Assembly: GCF_031769215.1 (NCBI RefSeq)
Contig: NW_026781998.1
Coordinates: forward strand, 496,001-560,000
Length of the DNA stretch: 64,000 nucleotides
Reading direction: 5' to 3'
DNA from: Ylistrum balloti
Lineage: Eukaryota
Shown: one piece after another, positions 1-12,714 of the stretch
Layout of the letters: the number at the start of each line of letters is the position of its first letter
How positions within the stretch are numbered: the first letter of the stretch is position 1
Position numbers and translations under genes: made by a program
The notes under the pieces: model-generated
The model's database searches: none
What the model was told of the DNA's origin: nothing
What the model saw: only the letters and a program-made list of their open reading frames with translations

Positions 1-616
1 TCTGACTGTGATATGTAAATCTTTGGTAACCTTTGGAATCAAAGTACAGTAACAAAAACACACACAACATATTCTTATCCTCTTGTGTTCTAACACAACA
101 TCTTGATTGGTCAGTAAAAATAATTTGCCACAGTAATCACCATATATACTGTCCTCCAATTTCTCATTTGCATATTAATCCTAAATGACATGAATGACCT
201 CGATTGAACTAGCTTGAAAATGAGGTCAGGAACAGAAGCATGACCTCAAATGGTCATCTGATTGTGAATATTACCCTATAAGGCATTATCAACCCTCAGG
301 AAAAAAATCCCAGAATTCAAATAGAAATTATGCATGAAAAATGGCACTCAATTATTGCGTTTCTACTTGTTTAAATATACATGAATTAGAATAGGGGTAA
401 CAGTAGATTTTGAATATGCTATCGCCCATGTATGCTATTGCCCATGTTTCTTATCTGCTACCTATTGTAATTCCTGACTTGAGTAAAATCATGATAGTAC
501 ACTACAAATTTCACACATTAGTGTTATTCCTCAATTATTGACAAATATGCTGCATGCAGGCTTCTAGACTTTTTGACATATCAGATTCATTTGTGTAGAA
601 ATGTAAACTAGAAACT

Positions 617-895
617 ATGTATCCTGCATTCTTGATACCCCAGGGGTTACGTTTAGTATTGCTCTATGTACTATTGGAACCATTCTTGATACCCCAGGGG
701 TTACGCTTCGTATTGCTCTATGTACTATTGGAACCATTCTTGATACCCCAGGGGTTACGCTTCATATTGCTCTATGTACTATTGGAACCATTCTTGATAC
801 TCCAGGGGTAAGCTCACTATCGTTCTCTCTACCCCTGGAACCATCACTGATACCTCCGGAGTTGCACTCAGTATCGCTCTCTGCATCACTGGAAC
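617..895. repeat. 54-bp minisatellite, about 5 copies, decaying to the right
   Basis: Unit cattcttgataccccaggggttacgcttcgtattgctctatgtactattggaac repeats directly. It explains the 18-aa periodic ORF 617..811. Confidence 0.9.
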
Positions 896-1618
896 ATGGC
901 ATGGCAAAATTTAAGGCAAAATTGAGGGCACAATTAAGCAAAGTAATTTAACTTTCAATTTTGTCATGAAATGTTTTGGGGGTGGAGAGAGCAGAAGTGA
1001 TCATAACTCTTGGAGTATCAAGGATGCATTCCCTGATAATCTAAGATAGAAGCTATTTTCCCTGATTTAAAATGAAAGGTAGAAATTCTTAAGTAAAAAG
1101 TATATTTTCTGATTCAATAGGGGTCACTTCTTAGTCATAATAGAACCAAGTGTTGTACATGTATCTGTTTAGATGTTTCTAAGTCAGGCTGTCTAATACT
1201 TCATATATCATTTATGGTATGACAAAATCTAGAGTTTTCACTATGATCAGGAGACATACAAAATTGCATGATGATGAAATTACAATTTTATGTTAATTAT
1301 TGCTAAACATTCACTTACTGATAAATTATCAAATGCAGGTGTGTTTCTAATCCAAAAAAGAATTCTTAGTACTGGACTCTTCCATTTGGTGAGGACTTAA
1401 ATTTTTTCTGTTAGATTTCTTTATCTAATATTTATTTGGAATGATGCAGATTTCCAGTTTCCATCTACCCAAGGGAGAAAATCCTAATTAAAAAAATCTC
1501 TGATTTTAAGAATTACCTGGTAGTAATGTTTGCAAAAAACCTGAATCTATATACATAAATTATTTTTAAAAATCTAATTAGTAGTTGTGTTGGACAAGAT
1601 ACACAATTATACCCCTTT

Positions 1619-4600
1619 TTAGTCCATACCAATCCAGCCTGGATAAAAATGTTCCGAGATATCACCATTAAACTGTTTACTAAAGGCTGAGTCTGGTACA
1701 AATGGATGTTTGTAGTACAATGTCGTACCATTAGTAAGAAAAGCTGACCACCAACCAAAGGTGCCAACAGTCATAATGGTGTGGTTTGTCATGGTAAGTA
1801 ATGCCATGTCGGTCTCAGGTGTGTTTCCCTCCGCAAAATACACATCACTATATCTCCCAAGTGCTTTACGTGACCAAGTAATATCGTTTGAGCAAACAAT
1901 AAAGGTTGGGTTCCTGTAGTGATCACGAAAATAATTTGTTGCCTTTTGTAAATATTCTTCAGTTGCAGTTGTGTATCCAAATTCTGTAAAAATTCCTGGT
2001 TTTGTATAGTCTCCACGACGGATATGAATGCCCACCAGAATATCGCCTCGAGCTATTCTAGTTTCACTTTTCTTTATGATACTTTGTAAAATTACTGCAG
2101 CAGTTGTCCTGACATGCTTTTGAAATTGGAATTTTTCCCTTATTTCATTTTCATAACATTTCCAGTATTTCCAAGACTGAAAATACCCATGCAAAAAAAC
2201 ATCTTGCCTTTTCTCCATTTTTTCAAATTTGATGTCATAAGCACAGTCCCAGTCATCTTCATATCTGCTAAGGCATGAGCAATATTTAAACTTTGGAAAA
2301 GGGTTTGCACGCATGTTAAATGTTGGTAAAAGGATGTTTTCTGTTTCCGTTTCTAATAAGGTCATAACCAGCTCCTTCTCCTTGGAAAACGCATAAATAA
2401 ATGCATACTGAAACATCTGATTGGCTAGTCTGCCTTGTAATGGCATGCAAACAAAATGAGTTCTTTCCAAATGATTCCTATCCTCCAAGTATAGATTGAT
2501 GCAACTTTTCCACCTTGAGATAGTCACTAAAACCAAAACCACCAGGACAACCAGGAAAACTGAAAATGTATATAAATATTTAATTAACTGTCCCCTGTAA
2601 GATAATGAGCAAACATGAACAATTAAAGCAAACCTTAAATGCAACAATATACACTCATTAATAAAGCTTTCATCTCAGTGGAGTGTCACTGAACGTCTAC
2701 ATTTTTCCTTACAAGGCAATTTATTTTGATATAGTCTTTTTTTCTTTAAAGCAGTGTCAGTTCAAGCAAGTAAATATTCCTGTAAAACTTCCTTGTTGGT
2801 ACTCTGTACTTGCATCTTTAATTTTCTATTTTGAAACTTAATGACACTTTTTGTAAAATATAAATATCAAAAACTATATTTTGATTTTGTAGATATGTGC
2901 TTGATTAATTTATCAAATAATTATTAGCAATAATTTTCCGGTGCTAATTTATCACATACAAACTAAGTCATCACACAGGATACTAATACCATCAAATTTG
3001 TATGACATGGCTAGAGTAAATGGATCCCTACTCATGATCAAAACCGTCACCCCTTGTAAGAGTTTAAATCTGTACCTTCTACAGTCCAAATGTAGGTTAC
3101 AGGTACAATAAGAGTAAAATTGTGTACATTTTATTCAAATGCTGCATAAATGGCAGTGTGATCTGTGTAATACTGGAAGATCATGACCATTCGAATGACC
3201 TGAATGTCTCTGGTGTAGATATGGTCTAATAAACTACCAGATGAGAAGGTGACTTGATATGCTGCTGGTACATGTTTTAATGGATGACAAAGTATTAAGT
3301 GTTTTATTAATATCACAACTGAAGACTCTTGGAAGTCAAATAGCAGTCTGTAGAGGAGTGACATTCGAATTCAGCCAATTTCTATTTATAGTAAATTAAC
3401 ATAGTTTTTCAACCATATAACTTGAACTGGGAAACACCTTAAGGTGATCTTTGTGAACACATTTGTGAAGTTTGGATCGAATCAGAGAGATGCAACAGAG
3501 ACTTTCAAGCATTGACATGTAAAAATTTTGTTAGTGTCTACTTATAGGTACAATGACCTAGTATTTGACTGCACAAAGTTGGAAAAATATCACTATTTCA
3601 TTTGTGTAAAAGTTGACAGTGTATTATATATGCTTGATAAGTTCTATCCATTAAGGAACAACATTTTCTCAACAAAACTTAAGTATGGGACTACTTCATT
3701 TTCATCACAATAAATTATAACAGTATTCATCTTTACTAAGGCTGCAATATTCTTCACCAATAATTTATCATTCTTGTCTATATATCAATTAAAAGTGAAC
3801 TATCTTGTGTCATGTTCACAATAAACCATATAGCTTGGAGTACTATTTTAAAAAACCTAACTATAACTTCCAAAATTTGAATTATATAACGAAATCATGT
3901 AAATGACTCCCTTTTCACTGGCTGTTACAATATGTGCAAGTCTTGATATTTATTATTATTACTGGCATAAGTGTTCATAACCTACAAAACTATTAGGTAC
4001 TTTTTTTCTTTGTGTTGAGTCACTTTTCCAGACAAAAATTAATTTCAGCCTTGAGCCTATACATGTAGGCTTTGTGTTACATAATGTTAATCATCCAATA
4101 TAATAAATTGTTGTTTTTATACAAAATGTAATGGTAAATTGTCAAATTTAATCATTCACTTTTTCTATTGAAATTTCATACATCTTTTACTTTCAATAAC
4201 AACAGTGTTATGTTTTCAGTGATAACAAACTTTCGAAGTCAAAATTGAAGTCCAAATCTAATATGGCTGTCTGACTGCTATTTTGTTTTTCTGATCAGTC
4301 CAAAAATCAAATGGGTACAACTAGGGACCAAGGGGAACCTACATATAAAATTTTAGAGAGATCTGTCCAGTACTTCTGAAGAAATAGCGATAAACTTCAT
4401 TGAAAAAATCCAAGAAGGCCACCAATTTACCTTTTTATTTTTACGATCAGTTCCAAAATTAAATGGACACAACTAGGGACAAAGCGGAACCTACATAGGA
4501 AATTTGAGAGAGATCCATCCTGTACTTCTTAAGAAATAGTGATAACAAAAACTGTTTACAGATGGACAAACCATCTGATGATGGTAGGCTAAAAATGTTT

Positions 4601-4961
4601 GATAGTTTTCCATTCTAGTTTGACAATAGGAAAATATCATGATACTGAGCTTCTTACTTTCTCAAAAGAAGTCATTTGAATACTTTCACACTTTTGAGTC
4701 CAGTGACCTTGAATGTTGGCCATGGAGAGCAGGGCATATAATACATTCTAAATCTCTTCAAGGAGTGACCTTAAACTGCAAGCATGACCTTAAAAAGTGG
4801 GTCACAGAGGTCATAGTACCATATATCCACCACACATACACCATAATCAAGCTTACCTGCTTGAAGCTTATATCTAATATAAAGTACTTACCTTTAGGTT
4901 TGAAACCAACATTATATGTGATCCGCATTGTGCCAATCACCAACGCACTTGGATTATCCAT
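1619..4961 (-). CDS. Alpha-1,2-fucosyltransferase (glycosyltransferase family 11, FUT1/FUT2-like), type II Golgi membrane protein
   Basis: GT11 motifs GRLANQMFQYA, VGIHIRRGDY, FIVCSND and TVGTFGWW lie in ORF 1619..2647. That ORF starts at TTG, has an in-frame stop upstream and no ATG before the TM helix, so a spliced start is needed. Best model: complement(join(1619..2559,4892..4961)), donor AAG|GTAAGT and acceptor cattttcag| in phase 1, giving 336 aa that begin MDNPSALVIGTMRITYNVGFKPK-VFLVVLVVLVLVTISRW. The family call is firm; the first exon is inferred. Confidence 0.88.
3131..3400 (-). mobile_element. Decayed apurinic-endonuclease (APE-type) C-terminal fragment, from a LINE or Helentron
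   Basis: Translation ...TFSSGSLLDHIYT...YYTDHTAIYAAFE* matches the T-x-x-x-x-L-D-H and (S/T)DH motifs at the end of APE domains. It lies in the fucosyltransferase intron. Confidence 0.45.
4225..4600. repeat. Dispersed HINE-like (non-autonomous Helentron-associated) repeat with two internal ~153-bp units
   Basis: atcagt(t)ccaaaa..aaatgg.acaactagggac.aag.ggaacctacata...gagagatc occurs at ~4294 and ~4447. The same motif recurs at 27 kb, 34.5 kb, 55.9 kb and 61.1 kb. Confidence 0.55.
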
Positions 4962-5254
4962 CAAAATCTACAAAAGTACCATTAAAGATGAGAAGTATGA
5001 AGAAAACAACTTTATTACAGACTTATATTAAATCAGATCCATTTAATTAGTTTTGGATTATAAAAACAATGACAATAGTTACAACATTGCTCATCCAGTA
5101 TTCAAAAATACATCTCCTCTCTTTTCTAAATGGGCAAAATAAATTTGTTAAAACAAACACTGAAAGGTAGCTGACACTGCAGGTAAAACCTAATGAATCA
5201 TGACAAAAATAATTGCTATTAACATCTTCTAAAAGTTCTTATCCTAAACAAAGA

Positions 5255-6505
5255 TACCAGTGACTAATATCTACCACATGTTCTCATCCTTAACAGAGAA
5301 ACTAGTGAATAATATCTACCACATGTTCTCATCCTTAACAGAGAAACTAGTGAATAATATCTACCACATGTTCTTATCCTAAACAAAGATACCAGTGACT
5401 AATATCTACCACATGTTCTCATCCTTAACAGAGAAACTAATGAATAATATCTACCACATGTTCTCATCCTTAACAGAGAAACTAGTGAATAATATCTACC
5501 ACATGTTCTCATCCTTAACAAAGGTACTAGTGACTAATATCTACCACATGTCCTCATCCTTAACAGAGAAACTAGTGAATAATATCTAACACATGTTCTC
5601 ATCCTTAACAAAGATATCAGTGACTAATATCTACCACATGTTCTCACTAATATCTACCACATGTTCTCATCCTTAACAAAGATACTAGTGAATAATACCT
5701 ACCACATGTTCTCATCCTTAACAAAGATACTAGTGACTAATATCTACCACATGTTCTCATCCTTAACAGAGAAACTAGTGAATAATATCTACCACATGTT
5801 CTCATCCTTAACAGAGAAACTAGTGACTAATATCTACCACATGTTCTCATCCCTAACAGAGAAACTAGTGACTAATATCTACCACATGTTCTCATCCTTA
5901 ACAAAGATACTAGTGACTAATATCTACCACATGTTCTCATCCTTAACAGAGAAACTAGTGAATAATATCTACCACATGTTCTCATCCTTAACAGAGAAAC
6001 TAGTGAATAATATCTACCACATGTTCTCATCCTTAACAGAGAAACTAGTGAATAATATCTACCACATGTTCTCATCCTTAACAGAGAAACTAGTGAATAA
6101 TACCTACCACATGTTCTCATCCTTAACAAAGATACTAGTGACTAATATCTACCACATGTTCTCATCCTTAACAGAGAAACTAACCCTAACAGAGAAACTA
6201 GTGACTAATATCTACCACATGTTCTCATTGTTAACAAAGATACCAGTGACTAATATCTACCACATGTTCTCATCCTTAACAAAGATACTAGTGACTAATA
6301 TCTACCACATGTTCTCATTGTTAACAAAGATACCAGTGACTAATATCTACCACATGTTCTCAACTTTAACAAAGATACTAGTGACTAATATCTACCACAT
6401 ATTCTCATCCTTAACAGAGAAACTAGTGACTAATATCTACCACATGTTCTCATCCTTAACAAAGATACCAGTGACTAATAACTGACATAGATTCTCATCC
6501 TAAAC
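5255..6505. repeat. 45-bp minisatellite, about 27 copies
   Basis: Unit gtgaataatatctaccacatgttctcatccttaacagagaaacta, with variants aaagatac and gtgact. It produces the 15-aa periodic ORFs 5395..6485. Confidence 0.97.
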
Positions 6506-7009
6506 GAAAGGTTCTGGGAACTTTTGTGATATGTTACTTAATGTTGCATGAATTCATGACAAGAGAGGTCATTTTTAACTAAAAGACATTTACCCCTACT
6601 AAGAGTGATGGCTACTAAGAGACTTGATGTAGCATTCAGCACTGTAGTAACTGTACTGTAGTAATGGCATATAGGTCTGAAATACTGCACCTATTTTTTC
6701 AGCGCTTTCCATCAAGCAAATCAATTTTACTTTTGCAGCTGTAGATGACTAGATAAACGTGACTTAGCCAAAAAAATTTGAAAAAGCTTAGTTTAAATGT
6801 GATTTCAGCCATTGAGCAATAAATCCATATCCCAATTGGCATATAAAAGGCTAATTTGCATATCATACACAAATTTGTGATTTTTCCCCCTGCCTGATTG
6901 TAGTTTATGGACATAGTTCATTGTGCACATGGTTTACTTGTTGTACTGATCTCCTTGTTTCTGTTGATGTGTCTTCGGATATATACATAGTCACATCCAG
7001 TTGTACAGA

Positions 7010-7350
7010 TTAAGAGTACATTAATTGATAATTGTTACATTTAGGTGTGAACTTGTAGTCTACTCCTTGCAATTGTTTATTAAGTCTGGACTTAAAAGAA
7101 TTGGTTTTTGGAAGAAAAGTCTCAACATGGATTTGAAGGCTGTTCCAAGTATGAACAACCCTATTGCCAAATGCATGGCCCCTGATATGCATACAGGTGT
7201 TTATTCTTTTCAGGCTGGTTCCTTATACTGTATCACAATCCGATTTAAACACTTTAGATTGTAAGGTATCTTTCCTTGTTTAAGCTCAATTCCTCGGTTT
7301 TGATAATTACATTATGTATAATGCTACTCTCTTGTAAACTTTGTCTTTTG
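7010..7350 (-). mobile_element. CR1-type LINE 3' end fragment
   Basis: Translation HAFGNRVVHTWNSL...NSFKSRLNK matches the CR1 ORF2 C-terminal motif F(S/T)xRVVxxWNxLP...SFKxRLD, also seen in the element at 15.4 kb. Confidence 0.6.
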
Positions 7351-8764
7351 AAATATCAATATAATAGAATGAAATGATGAGAAGTAACTCATAATCAGAA
7401 TGAGTTCTGAATTAGTGTTCTTTATTGGTTAAAATACTTTTTGCTACCTCTCAATCCAGTTAGCATTTTGACTGACCAGTGCTCGAAAGGGACCAGCGCT
7501 TGAAAGCTCGATACATTTTTGGTTCTCATTCCACAAAACAACCAATTTGGTCACTTGTAATGTATTATAATTATGGAATGTAATGACACTTTTCAAACTC
7601 TGATAAGAAAAGCTCTCTTAACTACCATGGTAATCTGAATCCAGCGACAACTCAAATAAATACTGGTTACTGAAACATTTGCATACTTCACTTCTATGCT
7701 TACTCTAAAATAAACGTAAAACGCATGTGCTGATCCATGATTTCGGGCATCTATCACGTATTATTTTGCAACATTTTCTTTCCAGAAAATAGTTTTTTTC
7801 TGTTTTTTTTTTTTTATGGGTTTAAATCTTAATAATATTCTATCAGTATATAAAACGGCACCACAACAACAATGTACATATTTGATGGGCTGTTCGATCA
7901 CCACCGATAGCATGTCGAGCATGGATTCCGAATTCCGTCGACATCCACTCATCATCACACACCGGCGTCGTTTACCTAAACGGCTGATAATTTACTCAAA
8001 AACAACAGTAACATAACTGAATACGTCCATAACATGTCTAATGCTTAGTTCACAAGAGTCATTGAGAAATATTCCAATGAAAACAGCAAAACACTAATGT
8101 AACATTTTGATTTCATTAGCAACTTACGTGATCATCTTATCATTACAGAAAGACCAGGAGTTGGTGAAGGACACAATCGGAAACTGTTCGAATGAAATGT
8201 CACATGGTCTGACAGGTATGTACAACAAGCGTTCCCAGTTGTACTAAAAATAAAACCAATTTACGGAAATAAACTTGAAGACTTTCCGGATTTTTATGCA
8301 ACATAAGGTCGCTTTCCCGTCAGCTGTTGAAACGAAGAGAGCGGTTAAAACATGCAAGAAAAACGCCACGTACAGATCGAGACTGAGTCTGGACTTCGGA
8401 ATATTTGGCACGTGCAGATTGAGTGGTCCAGTCGTAACTAACCGAACTAACTTGTTGAATATAAGAATGTCAGCGTAAAGTAGGGTGGGTGCACACACAC
8501 ACACATTTACCGGAAGCCTTGTACTACTAAATATGAGTTGAATGGATAATATCTTAATTTTAGTTAATTGTTTTCTGCTTGCCGGAAAACTCTGAAACTG
8601 CACATTTTGAGCTTTATATCATGCTTGATTGGAAACTGAAATTCAACATTCACAGTCGAACAAATATGCAAAGCAATTTACGGAAACAGACATGTAGGTT
8701 TTCCGGATTTATTTCATTCTGCCTGATAATTTCCTGAAGTATCCGCTTCCTAACATAGGGATCG

Positions 8765-8891
8765 CACGAATTCCCAACCCACGGTCCTTAGGTATGTATT
8801 ATAGCAGAGACGTATATATCATGCGATATTTACGTCTCTGATTATAGTGACCTACAATACTTAAATATGGACCGTGGGTCGGGAATTCGTG
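8765..8891. mobile_element. 127-bp fold-back MITE-like element
   Basis: 23-bp terminal inverted repeats at 8765-8787 and 8869-8891 (1 mismatch) enclose a central hairpin at 8805-8840 (15 pairs, 1 mismatch, 4-nt loop). No target-site duplication seen. Confidence 0.6.
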
Positions 8892-10084
8892 TCAAATTCC
8901 ATGTACACGCATTACACGGCCTCTCGCCGTGTTTTCTTACAGTTGACATAGACAGAGGGTGGTACAAGTCCCTGTGTAATGGACAGTACCTGTACCAGGT
9001 ACTTCTACAAGATAATGTTCGTATCTTACTCACCTTGTATGTTTGATTATGCGTCCGTTTATTCTTCTATCGACCGACCGTGTCGTCTGGAATGCGTCCA
9101 GTCCCAACTATTTATGACTGAAATGTTTTTTAAATCACAATGAGATTATATTTACACATTGTAGAAGCGGCGTCTGTCACTAAGCATGTCGCTAATTACT
9201 TGCCTGATGCAATTATGTGTATATCAAGGGCACATGACGAGTAATTCCTTCAAAGTGTACCCTGAGTGAAAATATAAATTAATTTAGTATAATTCTGACG
9301 ATGACATTATGTAGACGGTAAACAACGATATGAAAACTGTCAGAATTTCTGTTATTGTTTAAATATCTTTATTGTCAACCTTAGAACAAGGCATGAAGCA
9401 CCAATTAGAAACATTTATACATGGAAAACATTACTGTCATGGTAGTGACATACTTTTCACAAAAAATACACAAAATATTATTTAGATTTACTAATGAGTT
9501 TAATTGGAACCAAACTAGTCGACTCAAGGTTAACGAAGCCTGGTAGTATTGTATACAATTTCTGAGCACTGATGAGGAATTTGTCGTACGTATTTCGTGC
9601 CAGAAGTCTATATCACAATGTTATATACCGTGGTACCACTTCGGTCCAAAGATACAGAAATGTGTCAGTATTTTTAAAATATCTTCAAAGTTGATTAATT
9701 CTTTAAGAAATTAAATCATCTCGGTTCACTCCTTTAGTCTGCTTAGGTGTGAAATGTATGTATAGATAAATAAATCTAAACACACTTGTAACACGTGCTG
9801 TCACGGCAAGAGGCACAATATACACGTTTATACCTATGTCAGAGAATGAGATCAAACCCGGATGTCAGTAGGTGGGCAAGGGGCAACTTGAACGTGAAGT
9901 TTTTGTCTGTTCCAGGTGCAACCTCGCGGTTTAAAACCCAATCATACATACTTGAAAGACCTATTAACACATTACACAGCCATTGTGTATTTAAAATACA
10001 GGAAACCAAACATGTACAAGGTAGGATAATGTCTATAATACAATGTCATTATTGACCCTTTACATTAGGTTATAAAGTTACAGG

Positions 10085-12690
10085 TATTGAATTAAAGATA
10101 TTTTATTGCAAAAATTATTACAACAGGATTAGGTACAAGTTATTACAACTTATGAAACACCCTTTCCCCAATATATAACAAAATATGGTTAGACAACGCA
10201 ATAGCCATATGGCAACAAATACACTAACTACATATTTTAGGAGAGAGAGGATTGAGGGGGTAGTTTAGGCGGATGACGTCAAGTGAACCTATTACTCGAT
10301 TTAATAAAGTTTTGGACATTCAAAAAAAATTTCGAGTTTGTTTCAAAAGAAAGATCGTTATTACCATACAATATCAAATCTAAATCACAATGTATGGGTA
10401 AATTTAAATCATCTAAATGTTGAAAAAGAACATTTCTTTGTAAATTATAATGACAACACATAAAGAAAAAAACGATAAGAATTTTCACACAAATGTCCAC
10501 AAGAACAACTGGGGGTATCCACAAGGTTTATCCTGAATAAATCATAATTTAAAGAACTGCATTGGTGTCTAAGTTTCGTTACTATGATATTTAATTTACA
10601 GTCACCTATCCCAAAATGAGAAGGTGGAGAAATGTGATCGATAGGTTTTAGAGACTTTTTAAAAACACTTAATGAGGATGACGACTTGATTGAGTTATCC
10701 AGATTATTCCAACAACGCATAGTAGACGGCAAGAAAGAAGAATTAGTTGTAGAAAGACGGAAAAAGGGAATTCTATAATTATTACTATTTCTCAAATAAT
10801 ATTGAGCTTGATCTTGTACAGTAGAGGAAAGTAACGAGGAAAGGTATTCAGGTGTTTGGTTAGTATACATTTTGTAGAAGAGTTTAAGTTTTCTTCTTTT
10901 CCTTCTAGAAGACAAAGTTTCTAAACCCGTTTCAAAATTCAAAGCATGAATACTAGCATAAGAAGGAAGGCCTGTAATAATTCTAGCTGCTTCACGTTGG
11001 GCTTTTTCTAATTTTTCAGATTCCAAATTTGAACAACCATCCCACAATTCGCAAGCGTATTCTAGAATGGGTAATATAAAAGTATGATAAATTCTTAAAA
11101 GCGCATCCCGTTTTAATACAAATTTATTTTTTTCATAACAGATGAGAAAAATCACTTCAATATGATCTGCTATATCATTAATATAAATCAGAAATAAAAG
11201 AGGGCCAAGAATAGAACCCTGTGGAACCCCAGCATCTATAAAACCTAATTTAGAAAAAGACCCATTAACACATACTTTTTGATGTCTCTGATGTAAATAG
11301 TCCTTCAACCAAGCCAATAGCTCTCCGTCTATTCCATAGGATTTTAACTTAATAAACAAACCTTTATGCCAAACTCTATCAAAAGCTTTTGAGATGTCAC
11401 AAAAGACGATACATGTATGTTTTTTTTCTTCGAGTGCTAGACATATATTATGATACATTTCAATCAGTTGATATAAAGTAGAATGTCCGGGCAAGAAACC
11501 AGACTGATATTGATAAAACAACGAATTTTCTATGAAATAATTATAGATATGATTAAAAACTACACGTTCGAAAACTTTGCCAACAGTTGACAGTAGAGAT
11601 ATTGGCCTGTAGTTAGAAGGAGAGTGTCTATCATCCTTTTTAAACAACGGCATAACTTTAGCTAATTTCCATACTTTGGGATAAACACCAACAGAGAGTG
11701 ACATATTAAATAGTAACTCAAGTGGTTTACAAACAGTATTACAAACATTTTTTAGCATATAATGACTAATTTCATCCTGGCCCGAGGCCTTTCCAAGTTT
11801 CAGTATTTGCAACACATCTTTTATTTCCATATAATTTACTCTAATAAAATTAAAAGTTTTACTGATTTTTGGAGCAATATCTGGAACTTGGGCGTCACAA
11901 TCATCAATACTAGTTATACTGCAAAAATAGTCATTAAGTAGATCACTTTATCTACATCACTAATAATTACAGTATCAGTAAAAGGGTCTACCAGAATTGG
12001 TATGTCATTAGATGTACCACAAGAATTTATTAACCGTTTGATTAATCTCCAGTAAGCTTTGGGATCAGTAGATAAGTAATTATTAATAAAGTCATGGACA
12101 TGCTCATAAAACTGTAGCCTGCAGTACTTTTTCATATGATTGACTTTGTTACGTTGTGTTTTAAACTTTTGGATAGCCGAAGAAGATTTCGATTTTCTAA
12201 CTGCTTTGTGTAACCTATCACGAAGTCGTATATGTTTCCTTAGCTCAGAAGTCATCCATGGCTTATCATTTGGTCGTATGGTTACAACTATTGTAGGTAT
12301 ACAAAGTTCCACAAATTTAATAAAAAAAAACATTAGTAAAAGTTTCACAAGCAATATCTACTGATGCACAATTTGAAAAAGTTTCATTCCAATCATATTG
12401 ACATAAGCTCATTGAGCTTATTGTAATCTGCTCTCTTATATAACCAGACTTTGCGTGTATAGACAGATTTAAAAGAACTAAGGAGTTTAACGCTAACAGT
12501 ACAACCTTCATGATCACTAACTGACCTATCTATATTTATAACAAAAGATTCTATACAGAATACAGAATCACTTAGAAGAAGAGGATCAAGTAAACTTGAT
12601 CTAGTCATACCTACACGAGTAGGTTCCGATATTACATTTTTAAGACCAAAGGAATTTAAAATATCAGGTTTAGCAATATACATAAAAAAA
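10085..12690 (-). mobile_element. 5'-truncated LINE of the CR1/L2 group, ORF2 pseudogenised
   Basis: ORFs 12393..12683, 12317..12517, 11914..12354 and 10445..11830 give the end of the endonuclease and the RT (NYRPISLLS, FCDISKAFDRVWH, GVPQGSILGPLLFLIYIND). A Cys/His tail (CSCGHLCEN) follows, then a 3' UTR ending in aataaaatat near 10095. The (Y/F)ADD motif is lost to an internal deletion. Confidence 0.9.
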
Positions 12691-12714
12691 ACATTGCATA
12701 TAGAACAATAAAAA

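Noticed and set aside
5395-6485. Long ORFs (up to 274 aa) with FSSLTEKLVNNIYHM repeats
   Set aside because: They are translations of the 45-bp minisatellite, with no unique flanking coding sequence or splice context.
617-6505. CRISPR-like appearance of the tandem arrays here and elsewhere in the window
   Set aside because: The units abut with no unique spacers, no cas genes are present, and the DNA is eukaryotic.
7816-9250. Possible plus-strand EGF-repeat or F-type lectin pseudogene (GWYKSLCN, GNSCQIPC, LDFG, RFSGF)
   Set aside because: The motifs are short and in different frames, and the best one is partly encoded by the fold-back element's TIR.
9567-9600. CTGATGAG hammerhead-like cores here and at ~35163, ~33807 and ~45825 (minus)
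   Set aside because: None has the required stem II followed by GAAA and a properly placed cleavage triplet.
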